This document shows positions 37,208-44,718 of a stretch of 44,718 bases of DNA, one piece after another. The position numbers and the translations under genes were made by a program. The stretch lies in the IMG/VR virus record IMGVR_UViG_3300037962_000729, positions 1 through 44,718 of that record; one strand, 5' to 3'. Source of the DNA: a virus (lineage: Duplodnaviria; Caudoviricetes). The notes below the pieces were generated by a model. The model ran no database searches. It was not told where the DNA came from and saw only the letters and a list, made by a program, of their open reading frames with translations. The first letter of the stretch is position 1, and every line of letters begins with the position of its first letter.

Positions 37208-38205
37208 TGACAATAAATGTCAAAACAACATATCCAGACAATGCTGATGCTGCATCTTTAGATTATATAACAGGCAGCTTCAGGAATGACTCAACGCCAT
37301 CATCTGAGGATGGTACACCTTTAGAAGTGGCATGGATGAATGACTTTTTAGGTAGTCGTGATGCTATTTTAGCCGAAGGTGGCGTGACACCGAGCGGAGT
37401 TCCAGATACTGCGCAAGAATCAGATGTTTTGGATGCTTTAAAGCAGATCATTGCTGACAATACACCTGATCAATCAACTCCGATTGTGTCCGGATTAGTC
37501 GTTACAAATAATGTTACAGATTTAGAACATGACATTGATATTAGTGCTGGTAGGTATGGTTCAAATATCCTAGCAGCAGGTATGACAAAGCGACTGGACG
37601 CTACATTTTCCGCAGGAACAGGTAACGGTGGCATGGTTGGAACCCTTCCAGCGTCAGGGGTTGTATATATATTTTTCATTAGAAAAGATTCAGACGGTTC
37701 GCTAGATGTCTATGCTGAGACTACGAATGGAGCAACACCTCCTAGCGGTTGGTCGATTATAAAATGCATAGCGATTAGACCAACTGACGCAGATGGAAAC
37801 CTGATAAACGTTAGCGTTATCGGTAATGGAAGCATGCTTTCCATATCACCAGTTGCTCTAGTTGCTGATATTTCAGCAACAAATCCTAGTACAACAAGAA
37901 CGCTTTACCCTGTATCTGGTGTCTTAAGCTGCCCTCCAAATGTGAGAGCTAAGCTGCTTGTTTCGTATGAGTCACTTCCATCTGGTCAGGCTACAGCAGT
38001 TCTTATAACAAGTGTAAATCAATCAGATGTCGACCCAGATATAACCACCATGCATACGCTTAGCGCGTCATCACAATCTACCCGTTCAGCTGCCGAAATA
38101 GATGTTTACATCGGATCCTCAAGACAAATATATGCGAGAAGAACTGCAGAAAATGGGCAGAACCTAAAAGTCATTGTCACGGGCTGGATTGAGGATAGAA
38201 GCTAA
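37207..38205 (+). CDS. Tail fibre / receptor-binding protein
   Basis: N-terminal baseplate-attachment pattern (DGTPLE..WMND...G.TPSG.PD...S..LDAL); follows the baseplate genes. Confidence 0.75.
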   Translation: MTINVKTTYPDNADAASLDYITGSFRNDSTPSSEDGTPLEVAWMNDFLGSRDAILAEGGVTPSGVPDTAQESDVLDALKQIIADNTPDQSTPIVSGLVVTNNVTDLEHDIDISAGRYGSNILAAGMTKRLDATFSAGTGNGGMVGTLPASGVVYIFFIRKDSDGSLDVYAETTNGATPPSGWSIIKCIAIRPTDADGNLINVSVIGNGSMLSISPVALVADISATNPSTTRTLYPVSGVLSCPPNVRAKLLVSYESLPSGQATAVLITSVNQSDVDPDITTMHTLSASSQSTRSAAEIDVYIGSSRQIYARRTAENGQNLKVIVTGWIEDRS

Positions 38206-38549
38206 TGTTTGTTCATAGACTGAACGGTGAGATTATTGGTTCAGGGGCAAATCCACAAACAGATAGAGCGCCTGAGATTGCTGATGAGAATAACGCCGCA
38301 TGGATGATTTTTAAAAAAAAATTAGATAATCATTCAACGCTATCAAAGTTAAAAGCCATCGACTATTTCATCGATACGAACCAGTTCGATGCTTTCATGG
38401 CTTTCATTGAAGCTGACAAGAAGCGCGAACAAAGATGGAACGCTGCTCAAAATCTGGGTATTGACGATCCAATGATGGATGACTATTGCAGTGAGTTTAA
38501 TGTGTCAGACCAACAACTTCAGGGTTTATTCAATGCGCTCAATACTTAG
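38205..38549 (+). CDS. Putative tail-fibre assembly/accessory protein
   Basis: Coupled after the fibre gene; W..A...DDP...LF C-terminal pattern. Confidence 0.6.
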   Translation: MFVHRLNGEIIGSGANPQTDRAPEIADENNAAWMIFKKKLDNHSTLSKLKAIDYFIDTNQFDAFMAFIEADKKREQRWNAAQNLGIDDPMMDDYCSEFNVSDQQLQGLFNALNT

Positions 38550-38814
38550 CAAGATTAGGTCTTTTGCCAGTGTTCGCTTTTTCAATGCATTGACTCTAGT
38601 GAGCCAAGCCGCGAACGGATTACTTTTAGGCGGCAATCCTGACGAGTCCATAAGTGCCAGATGCTTCCGTCAAGGAAAGCTAGACGCAGATGCAGGATGG
38701 TATAGAGCAATGAAAATGGTTGATACCTTGTTCTGGCTTTTTCAAAAAGACCACTGCCATAAAGCATGGCTCACTGATTATAACCATGCACTAAAAATAG
38801 TCCGTCAATACTAA
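38533..38814 (+). CDS. Conserved small phage protein
   Basis: QAANGLLLGGNPDESISAR...VD.LFW...DHC motif common near tail-fibre genes. Confidence 0.7.
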   Translation: MRSILSKIRSFASVRFFNALTLVSQAANGLLLGGNPDESISARCFRQGKLDADAGWYRAMKMVDTLFWLFQKDHCHKAWLTDYNHALKIVRQY

Positions 38815-38837
38815 CCGAAACAACTACCCGAAACACA

Positions 38838-38858
38838 GACCGCGAAAGCGGTTTTTTT
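38838..38858 (+). terminator. Intrinsic terminator
   Basis: GACCGC-GAAA-GCGGT followed by a T-run. Confidence 0.82.
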
Positions 38859-38881
38859 ACGTCTATTAGATGGAGATAAGA

Positions 38882-39151
38882 ATGTCTACCTCAATTACAT
38901 ATGAAGTAATACCCGCTGATGGTTGGGTAGAAATATCCGCGGCTGACGGTCTTGAAGGTCTAGTTTGCAATGACGGAGATACCTGCCGTTATGCAGAGAC
39001 AGCATCAACAGAGCCCGGCGAAACTATCAAGGGAACAGTATTAAAACGCTCAGAAGAATTCCCAAAGCTTTCAACTAAAAAAGCATGGATTAAATGTGAC
39101 ATTGGTAAGGCTGCAATTACATTTACTGAGTGGGAAGCTCCAGCAGCATAA
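38882..39151 (+). CDS. Small beta-rich protein (possible head-spike base)
   Basis: GGAGA RBS; 89 aa, flanked by terminators; function inferred only. Confidence 0.6.
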   Translation: MSTSITYEVIPADGWVEISAADGLEGLVCNDGDTCRYAETASTEPGETIKGTVLKRSEEFPKLSTKKAWIKCDIGKAAITFTEWEAPAA

Positions 39152-39172
39152 ATCCAATGACCAACCAAAACC

Positions 39173-39217
39173 AAGACCGCCTAAAGGCGGTTTTTTTATG
39201 CCTGGAGAAAATGCATG
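39173..39217 (+). terminator. Terminator-RBS unit (copy 1)
   Basis: AAGACCGCC-TAAA-GGCGGTTTTTTTATGCCTGGAGAAAATGCATG. Confidence 0.85.
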
Positions 39218-42127
39218 CTGAATAAAAAGGTGCTTGCTGCGATTATTAGTTTGAGGATGCGTGGCGGCTCAAGTGTGGTGGGTGAAGGCACGCTAATCTC
39301 TCAACCAGCAGACTATCGCGGTATAGCCAATACTGAGGCACAAAACTTAGGTTCTGTGGTTGCAGGCTTTGAGGTTGTGCCTACTGTAGACATTCTTCCT
39401 AAGCATTTAGTAGTTAAGATTGTTCCAGGCAACATTCTAAGCGCAGCAAGTAGAAAACTGAGTACAAGAGCTGTTAACGAATTCACAGACTTTGATATTC
39501 GCATCAAGGTTTCATATCGGAACGGTGACCCGGTTCCAGACTGGTTTGGCATTATTAATCCTGTTACAGAAGAAGCGCATAACCTCTTAACGGATAGTTC
39601 TGAGGGCACGCTGCATGCCATGATTCCTGTGGCTGGTGACTTTAATGTCACGGTTGAGGTTATGTCACCAAGCGGTATTGATGGTCAAGTAAGGTTTGCT
39701 TCTCTGACTAAAGAATTGAATCCCATCACTGAAAGCACGTTACCTATTCGCTTTTACGATCAGGATGATGGTGACGCAGGTAATGATGGCCTTGACCCTT
39801 GGGGGGTTAGCCTTACAACGGCAGCCTATACCGACTCAACTCAAATCGTAGAGCAAACAGGGGCTTTCACATCAGTTGATACCGATGCAGCAACGGCTGA
39901 TATCTGCCCGATTTATCACTACAACTTTATTTATTTATCTGGCGCTACAGAGGGTGGTTTCCCTGCTGGTTTATATCGTTTCACCAAGGTTAATGATAAC
40001 CAGATTCAACTTGCCGAGGCGCTTGGTGCTGATTATACAAATGTTACCAGCTCTACTGGGCCGAAGCAGACAATCACTGGTGGAGCGTTTGATAATCTTG
40101 GTGGTGAGACTTATTACCTATCAGGGAATTATACAAGAAGTTATGCGATTAATTTTAGCTCTACCGGATATCACCTGATCGGGTATAAAAATAGACCAGT
40201 CATAACTAATGATTCACCTAGTCGTGTAATTTCATACGGTTTTGGGGGTGGAGGTAGCCTTTCTGGATTTAATTTCTTTGGAAACTTAATAATTGATGGA
40301 GAGAGGACTAGTGCATGCGTAGCACAGTCTATGTCATCTAGCGGGGCTGGTACATTCAGAAACCTAGTTCATCGGGTTGATTTCATTAACTCGGTTAGCG
40401 CCGGCTCTAGTGTGGACATGCTAACAACTGACACAGGGGAGTGGACGCGAACATTGACTATGCTCCAGTGCAAATTTCAGCAATTAATATCTGATAGGTT
40501 TGAGCACACAAGCGCAGGCAATTTAGCTGGAACCATAAACTTTCAAGTATCAGCAACAATAGACCCTTCTACTCCGGCTACTGGCTACCTTTGGTATCTG
40601 GATGCTACAGGTCGAATACTATCTGATGACGACACAGTTAGACATAGAATCCCATACCTAAGCTGGTCTGGCGATACTTTTGTTTTGGATTCTGCTACAA
40701 CAAGAGATTGTCCTGCTGGTGCTTATGTGGTTACTGGTGGGCCAGAGCTATACTCATACCAAGTCGTTCATGATGTGAGAAACAGAGATAGTGATTTTGG
40801 TGTTGTAGCCTGTGATTTTGAAACAGATTGCAAGGATGACACTAAAGATCATCATTTATACCCAACAGGTTACCTTGATAACTTGCTCGTTACTCTAAAC
40901 AACTTCGGTAAAGGTATGGGTGTTTCTTATGCTGTTAATGGTAATTTAAAGTCTCAAATAGAAGATCTGACGCATTACAACATAGCCTTTACAAACAATA
41001 AGCTATCCAAGTACATGCGAATGGGCGTTGACTGCTCTATCACAAATACATATTCATACCCTGTTGAGTACGCGGAAGGACTGTTGCTTGCTGACAATTA
41101 TTCAAATGTTATGCACTGTCTGTATTATGGCAGTAACGCAAGGACTATTCGTTTTGCCAGAAACAGTGATATAGATACTGCTGGATTGCACAACGAGTAC
41201 ACAAATTGGGCGACTGTAGTTTTGGCTACAGCAGCGGCAACAGACAGTGCTGAATTTCATATTACTGCTGACGGCAATGTAGTCACAGATAGGCAGTTCA
41301 TCAAAGCTGATGACGGTCAAACGCAGTTTGATGTTGTAGATAATGACGCTCAGATTGATTTTGACGGTGTCACTATGCGAATTGACTCAACAGCTTACGC
41401 TGATGGGGTTATTGACCGCAACAATCTGTACGCACCTGCGAACGCTGCTGGTTATATCGCTCTCATTGACGGTGCTGGTTATAACATAACAGAGTTCAAT
41501 ACAGAGGTAAGCGGCACAAATACATCAGAAGCGTCAGGGCCTACTTTAACAGAAGTCTTTGTCGGTGATTTTGTTGCACCCGATCTCGCAGACGTTGCAG
41601 ACCTCACTGGATGGTCTGCTCTTGAAGAAGTATCCAGCATCGCTCTTGAGATAGACTCAAATCAAGTTTATAACCGTGGTGACATCAGCCGCCGCTCTAA
41701 CTTTGCCGAAGCGGTTATTACTGATGATCACCATGCAACCGTAACAGCAATAACAACTGGAGCATCCACCCGAGTTTATGTATTAACTAGGGTTAACCCT
41801 GCACTCATAGGATATGAGGTTAGCCAGTTCTATGCGATGGAATTTGATATAAACACAACCGCGGGAACAGCATCTGTGCAAGCATTTCGTGTTAATGGAG
41901 CAACTGAAACCCCTCTCGGTTCTGCTGCGAATCTAACTGGCTTAACTGGCACAAACATATTACAGATGAGAGCTATTGGCACAACATTGGAGATGTATGT
42001 GAATGGTGACTTAGCAGCCACAACTACAGATGCTACCTATACAACAGGTAAAACAGGCATGAGGATAATACAGCTTCCTAGTACAACAGCCCGTATCTCT
42101 GCCTTTTCGTGCGGCAACATTACCTAA
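39215..42127 (+). CDS. 970-aa virion-associated adhesin/depolymerase-like protein
   Basis: T/G/D/N-rich; YDQDDGDAGNDG beta-helix-start-like motif, Asn-rich repeats, C-terminal ConA/DUF1080-like segment (GTTLEMYVNG...DATYTTGKTGM). Confidence 0.65.
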   Translation: MLNKKVLAAIISLRMRGGSSVVGEGTLISQPADYRGIANTEAQNLGSVVAGFEVVPTVDILPKHLVVKIVPGNILSAASRKLSTRAVNEFTDFDIRIKVSYRNGDPVPDWFGIINPVTEEAHNLLTDSSEGTLHAMIPVAGDFNVTVEVMSPSGIDGQVRFASLTKELNPITESTLPIRFYDQDDGDAGNDGLDPWGVSLTTAAYTDSTQIVEQTGAFTSVDTDAATADICPIYHYNFIYLSGATEGGFPAGLYRFTKVNDNQIQLAEALGADYTNVTSSTGPKQTITGGAFDNLGGETYYLSGNYTRSYAINFSSTGYHLIGYKNRPVITNDSPSRVISYGFGGGGSLSGFNFFGNLIIDGERTSACVAQSMSSSGAGTFRNLVHRVDFINSVSAGSSVDMLTTDTGEWTRTLTMLQCKFQQLISDRFEHTSAGNLAGTINFQVSATIDPSTPATGYLWYLDATGRILSDDDTVRHRIPYLSWSGDTFVLDSATTRDCPAGAYVVTGGPELYSYQVVHDVRNRDSDFGVVACDFETDCKDDTKDHHLYPTGYLDNLLVTLNNFGKGMGVSYAVNGNLKSQIEDLTHYNIAFTNNKLSKYMRMGVDCSITNTYSYPVEYAEGLLLADNYSNVMHCLYYGSNARTIRFARNSDIDTAGLHNEYTNWATVVLATAAATDSAEFHITADGNVVTDRQFIKADDGQTQFDVVDNDAQIDFDGVTMRIDSTAYADGVIDRNNLYAPANAAGYIALIDGAGYNITEFNTEVSGTNTSEASGPTLTEVFVGDFVAPDLADVADLTGWSALEEVSSIALEIDSNQVYNRGDISRRSNFAEAVITDDHHATVTAITTGASTRVYVLTRVNPALIGYEVSQFYAMEFDINTTAGTASVQAFRVNGATETPLGSAANLTGLTGTNILQMRAIGTTLEMYVNGDLAATTTDATYTTGKTGMRIIQLPSTTARISAFSCGNIT

Positions 42128-42144
42128 ATTAAACAATGCTCATT

Positions 42145-42188
42145 AAGACCCGCTTCGGCGGGTTTTTTATTGCCTGGAGAAATGGATG
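42145..42188 (+). terminator. Terminator-RBS unit (copy 2)
   Basis: AAGACCCGC-TTCG-GCGGGTTTTTTATTGCCTGGAGAAATGGATG. Confidence 0.85.
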
Positions 42189-42713
42189 AAAAAGCGAATC
42201 ATAGCCGGTGTTATCGGTGGGCTTGTTCTAGCAAGTCAGCCATTGATGGATTTTCTCAGCAAATGGGAAGGTGGTAGCGGTGGTATGACTGTTTACGCTG
42301 ACAATCTAGCAAATGGACTACCTACAACCTGCCATGGAATAACAAAGTACGTGACTGATGAGCCTGTGATTGTGGGTGAGTATTGGTCACAGGAAAAATG
42401 CGATCGCGTTATGAGCGTATCACTTGGCAGGGTACAAACAAAATTACTTGATTGCCTTGGCTTTCTGCCACCACAAACTGTTTTTGATGGGCTATCAAGT
42501 CTTGCTTGGAATGTGGGCTATGTTAAAGCGTGTAATAGTCAGTCAGCTAAATATGCAAGGCAAGGTAAATACAAGAAAGCGTGTGATTTACTGGCAACGA
42601 CATTCTCAGGCAAACCAAACTGGTCATATGCAAGTGGTCAGTTTATTCAAGGCTTATATAACCGAAGACAAGATAACCGAGATAATCTCTGTTTAGCAGG
42701 ACAGTATCAATGA
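42186..42713 (+). CDS. SAR endolysin (GH24 lysozyme)
   Basis: Weakly hydrophobic Gly/Ala-rich N-terminus; WEG...YAD...PTTCHGIT (E-D-T triad); AWNVG; GLYNRR. Confidence 0.9.
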   Translation: MKKRIIAGVIGGLVLASQPLMDFLSKWEGGSGGMTVYADNLANGLPTTCHGITKYVTDEPVIVGEYWSQEKCDRVMSVSLGRVQTKLLDCLGFLPPQTVFDGLSSLAWNVGYVKACNSQSAKYARQGKYKKACDLLATTFSGKPNWSYASGQFIQGLYNRRQDNRDNLCLAGQYQ

Positions 42714-43204
42714 ATCCCCTTAAGCCGTACATTTTGATTGGCTTGTTTTTCTCTGGGTTAAGCATTGGTGTCGGCACGGGTTGGTGGATTAACGGATTGA
42801 TTAAAAATGCTGAAATATCAAACCTAAAAACAGCACACAGCAACGAGTTAAAATCCATATCTGAAGAAGCACTAAACACACAGCAATCATTACAAGCCGA
42901 ACTCGACGCTAACGAAAAGCTATGGGCCACTGCTGAAGCCATCCAATACAGGAAACTACGTGATGCAGAAAATGAAATTAATCAGCTTCGTGATGATGTT
43001 GCTGCTGGGCGTAAGCGCCTGCTCATCAATGCAACCTGTCCAGCCGGTAGCGACAACGTGCCCGAAACCAGCTCCGATACCAGCATGGGCGAAAGAGCCG
43101 CCCCCAGACTTACTAAAGACGCTGAACGGTATTATTACACCCTCGTCGAGCAAATAGTAACTATGACAGCCCAGCTTCGGTATTATCAGGCAAGGTGCGA
43201 GTAA
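42710..43204 (+). CDS. Rz-like i-spanin
   Basis: N-terminal TM, coiled coil, LRDDVAAGRKRLLINATCP...AAPRLT...AERYY. Confidence 0.92.
   Translation: MNPLKPYILIGLFFSGLSIGVGTGWWINGLIKNAEISNLKTAHSNELKSISEEALNTQQSLQAELDANEKLWATAEAIQYRKLRDAENEINQLRDDVAAGRKRLLINATCPAGSDNVPETSSDTSMGERAAPRLTKDAERYYYTLVEQIVTMTAQLRYYQARCE
42972..43157 (+). CDS. Rz1-like o-spanin lipoprotein, embedded in Rz
   Basis: Lipobox VSAC, Pro-rich CPKPAPIPAW; nested in the +1 frame of Rz. Confidence 0.88.
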   Translation: MKLISFVMMLLLGVSACSSMQPVQPVATTCPKPAPIPAWAKEPPPDLLKTLNGIITPSSSK

Positions 43205-43233
43205 CCAATCAGTTACTCGCTTGCCAGGCTATA

Positions 43234-43365
43234 TTAATAGCCCCTCAGCCCACTAGATAGCTGTTCCGATTCTTTTAACAGGATCTCAATTAACTTTTTC
43301 ATTTCTTCGTTTTTTGAGTTATCCGCTAACTCCCTCAACTCATTAACTGTTTCCTTTGAAAGCAT
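43234..43365 (-). CDS. 43-aa helical protein next to attR (moron-like)
   Basis: AAGGAG RBS then ATG at 43365; MLSKETVNELRELADNSKNEEMKKLIEILLKESEQLSSGLRGY. Confidence 0.55.
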   Translation of the reverse strand: MLSKETVNELRELADNSKNEEMKKLIEILLKESEQLSSGLRGY

Positions 43366-43508
43366 ATCCAATCTCCTTATTTTGACGAAAAAAATACTTT
43401 CGCCACGATTTAAAATAACTTTATCAAACAAATAGATAAAATTCTCTTTTTTCACACTTGGCGAAAGTGGATTGTTTGCTAACTATCTAATTTTGCGTGA
43501 ATATTTGG

Positions 43509-43557
43509 CGGCCTTCTAAGCCGAGGGTAGCAGGTTCGAGTCCTGCCGGGCGTACCA
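43509..43557 (+). repeat. attR core (49 bp, displaced tRNA-Arg 3' fragment)
   Basis: Identical to 1141-1189. Confidence 0.96.
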
Positions 43558-44181
43558 ACACTTATCTATAGCAGACAATTCAGCGGAAGTGCTCACTCAC
43601 TTTACTTTCGCCATGCATCGGCCTACCGATTTATTTATTGTGTATCTCAGAACAAATTGATCATGTGAAGCTTCAGTATCTTACGATAGTTCAATTCTGC
43701 CAAGAAAATCTGGGTTGTGATTTTGCCAACCAATTGAGCACATTTGATGCCGGGTTTGACCTTCCCTTGAATTATACGCCGCCTCTTGAACATCCCAGGC
43801 GAGCCGCATAATATATCTAAATCTCCTCTTTGCCCATTATCGGGCTTATTTGAAGTGTCCGCAAAGTCAGGTTAGAACCCGGATTTGGTGCTCTGAGTTG
43901 CGCGTCTGTGGATGTTTTTTGTTCGTCATAGCGCTTCCTTTCTAGCAATATCAATTAGTTACACATAGAAAAATCTATAAACAATCCATGGAATACGATG
44001 ATATTCCATGAAACCTCATGACACACGCTGTGTGCCCTAAGGTGTTGATATTGCTATTTACTACACTGTGAAACGTTGTGATGTCTGCATCACAATTTGG
44101 GACTAAAAAACTCATCTAGGGAGTCCCATCATCCACATGGCATGAATTTTTGGAAGGGTGAAAGGCCAGACTAAATAAATC

Positions 44182-44210
44182 TTGCAATTAGTTAGCTAAC
44201 TAACTATAGT
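44182..44210 (+). promoter_or_regulatory. marR promoter with a palindromic operator
   Basis: TTGCAA -17- TATAGT, with the perfect 16-bp palindrome TTAGTTAGCTAACTAA (44188-44203) in the spacer. Confidence 0.78.
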
Positions 44211-44217
44211 GGGAAAC

Positions 44218-44718
44218 ATGTTGGAGCTTAAAGATTTACCAGACGCGGACATCCTTAAGAAATTTGCTGATCGGTATCCCGAAGTAGATATTGATAGGGT
44301 CATGCAGTTTCTAACATTCTTGCGTGTTGGCACAGATCTCTCAAACGGCCTAGACCGCTACCTAGAGGCGCATGCTTTATTGCAAGGACGATGGTGGGTA
44401 CTGGTGCTATTGATGCGAGAAGATGATGGGTGTTCTAGCCCATCCAAGCTGGCAGGAAAAGCCGGTGTCAGTCGCGCCACTATGACTGGACTCCTAAATA
44501 GTCTGCAACGTGACAAATTAGTCACCAAAATGGTCTCGCATGAGGACCGCAGACAAACACTGATCAAACTTACTACAAAAGGTCAGGCGAAACTTGATGA
44601 AGTGATGCCCGAATACTACCGGCGAGTCAACCAACTGATGTCAGTCTTGACAGAGGCGGAGAGCAAGACGCTTATGCAGATCCTGGCAAAATTGAACCAG
44701 CAGCCTGTGTTTTTATGA
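44218..44718 (+). CDS. MarR-family transcriptional regulator (host)
   Basis: SPSKLA...VSRATMTGLLNSL...DRR...LT..G wHTH. Confidence 0.93.
   Translation: MLELKDLPDADILKKFADRYPEVDIDRVMQFLTFLRVGTDLSNGLDRYLEAHALLQGRWWVLVLLMREDDGCSSPSKLAGKAGVSRATMTGLLNSLQRDKLVTKMVSHEDRRQTLIKLTTKGQAKLDEVMPEYYRRVNQLMSVLTEAESKTLMQILAKLNQQPVFL

Larger units (their letters stand above)
1141..43557. mobile_element. Temperate prophage (~42.4 kb) with lambdoid regulation and a contractile (myovirus-type) tail
   Basis: Bounded by a 49-bp direct repeat of the tRNA-Arg 3' end; integration, switch, replication, packaging, head, tail and lysis modules all present with open frames. Confidence 0.96.

Noticed and set aside
37207-42127. 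Diversity-generating retroelement or invertible tail-fibre system
   Set aside because: No reverse transcriptase, invertase, TR/VR pair or inverted crossover sites seen
20158-42942. Many short minus-strand ORFs across the late operon, and plus-strand ORFs across the PL operon
   Set aside because: They overlap well-supported genes in antisense and have no RBS or recognisable motifs
43234-43455. 73-aa version of the ORF next to attR
   Set aside because: The upstream GTG lies among the att arm sites without an RBS; the ATG at 43365 has a strong SD
43509-43557. Second tRNA-Arg gene
   Set aside because: Only the 3' 49 nt are present, with no acceptor 5' strand or D-arm; this is attR
44076-44095. 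CRP site
   Set aside because: The TGTGA and TCACA half-sites are separated by 8 bp rather than 6

Overview
The window holds a complete, apparently intact ~42.4 kb temperate prophage integrated in the 3' half of a tRNA-Arg(UCU) gene of a gammaproteobacterium. Host flanks are folD-tRNA-Pro-tRNA-Arg on the left and a marR-family gene on the right. A perfect 49-bp direct repeat marks attL (1141-1189) and attR (43509-43557). The early half is lambdoid: int/xis, a leftward PL operon (ssb, YqaJ exonuclease, RecT and many small genes), a cI/cro switch with five 14-bp operators, an initiator with five palindromic iterons, a DnaC-like loader, an adenine methyltransferase, nin-like genes and a Q-like gene. 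The late half builds a contractile-tailed virion (PBSX terminase, DUF1073 portal, DUF2184 capsid, DUF3383 sheath, short tape measure, baseplate). Most notable: (1) a T4 gp30.3-like NADAR gene (candidate anti-DarT factor) bracketed by a 14-bp direct repeat; (2) a phage CsrA homologue that lacks the key RNA-binding Arg; (3) a 970-aa beta-helix/lectin-like gene, with a small partner gene, in a cassette bounded by twin terminator-RBS units (possible head spike); (4) a lysis cassette split by ~23 kb; (5) no obvious N gene but structured leader RNAs; (6) arm-type sites inside int plus an orphan copy outside attR. All protein assignments come from motif recognition and synteny; no database searches were run.
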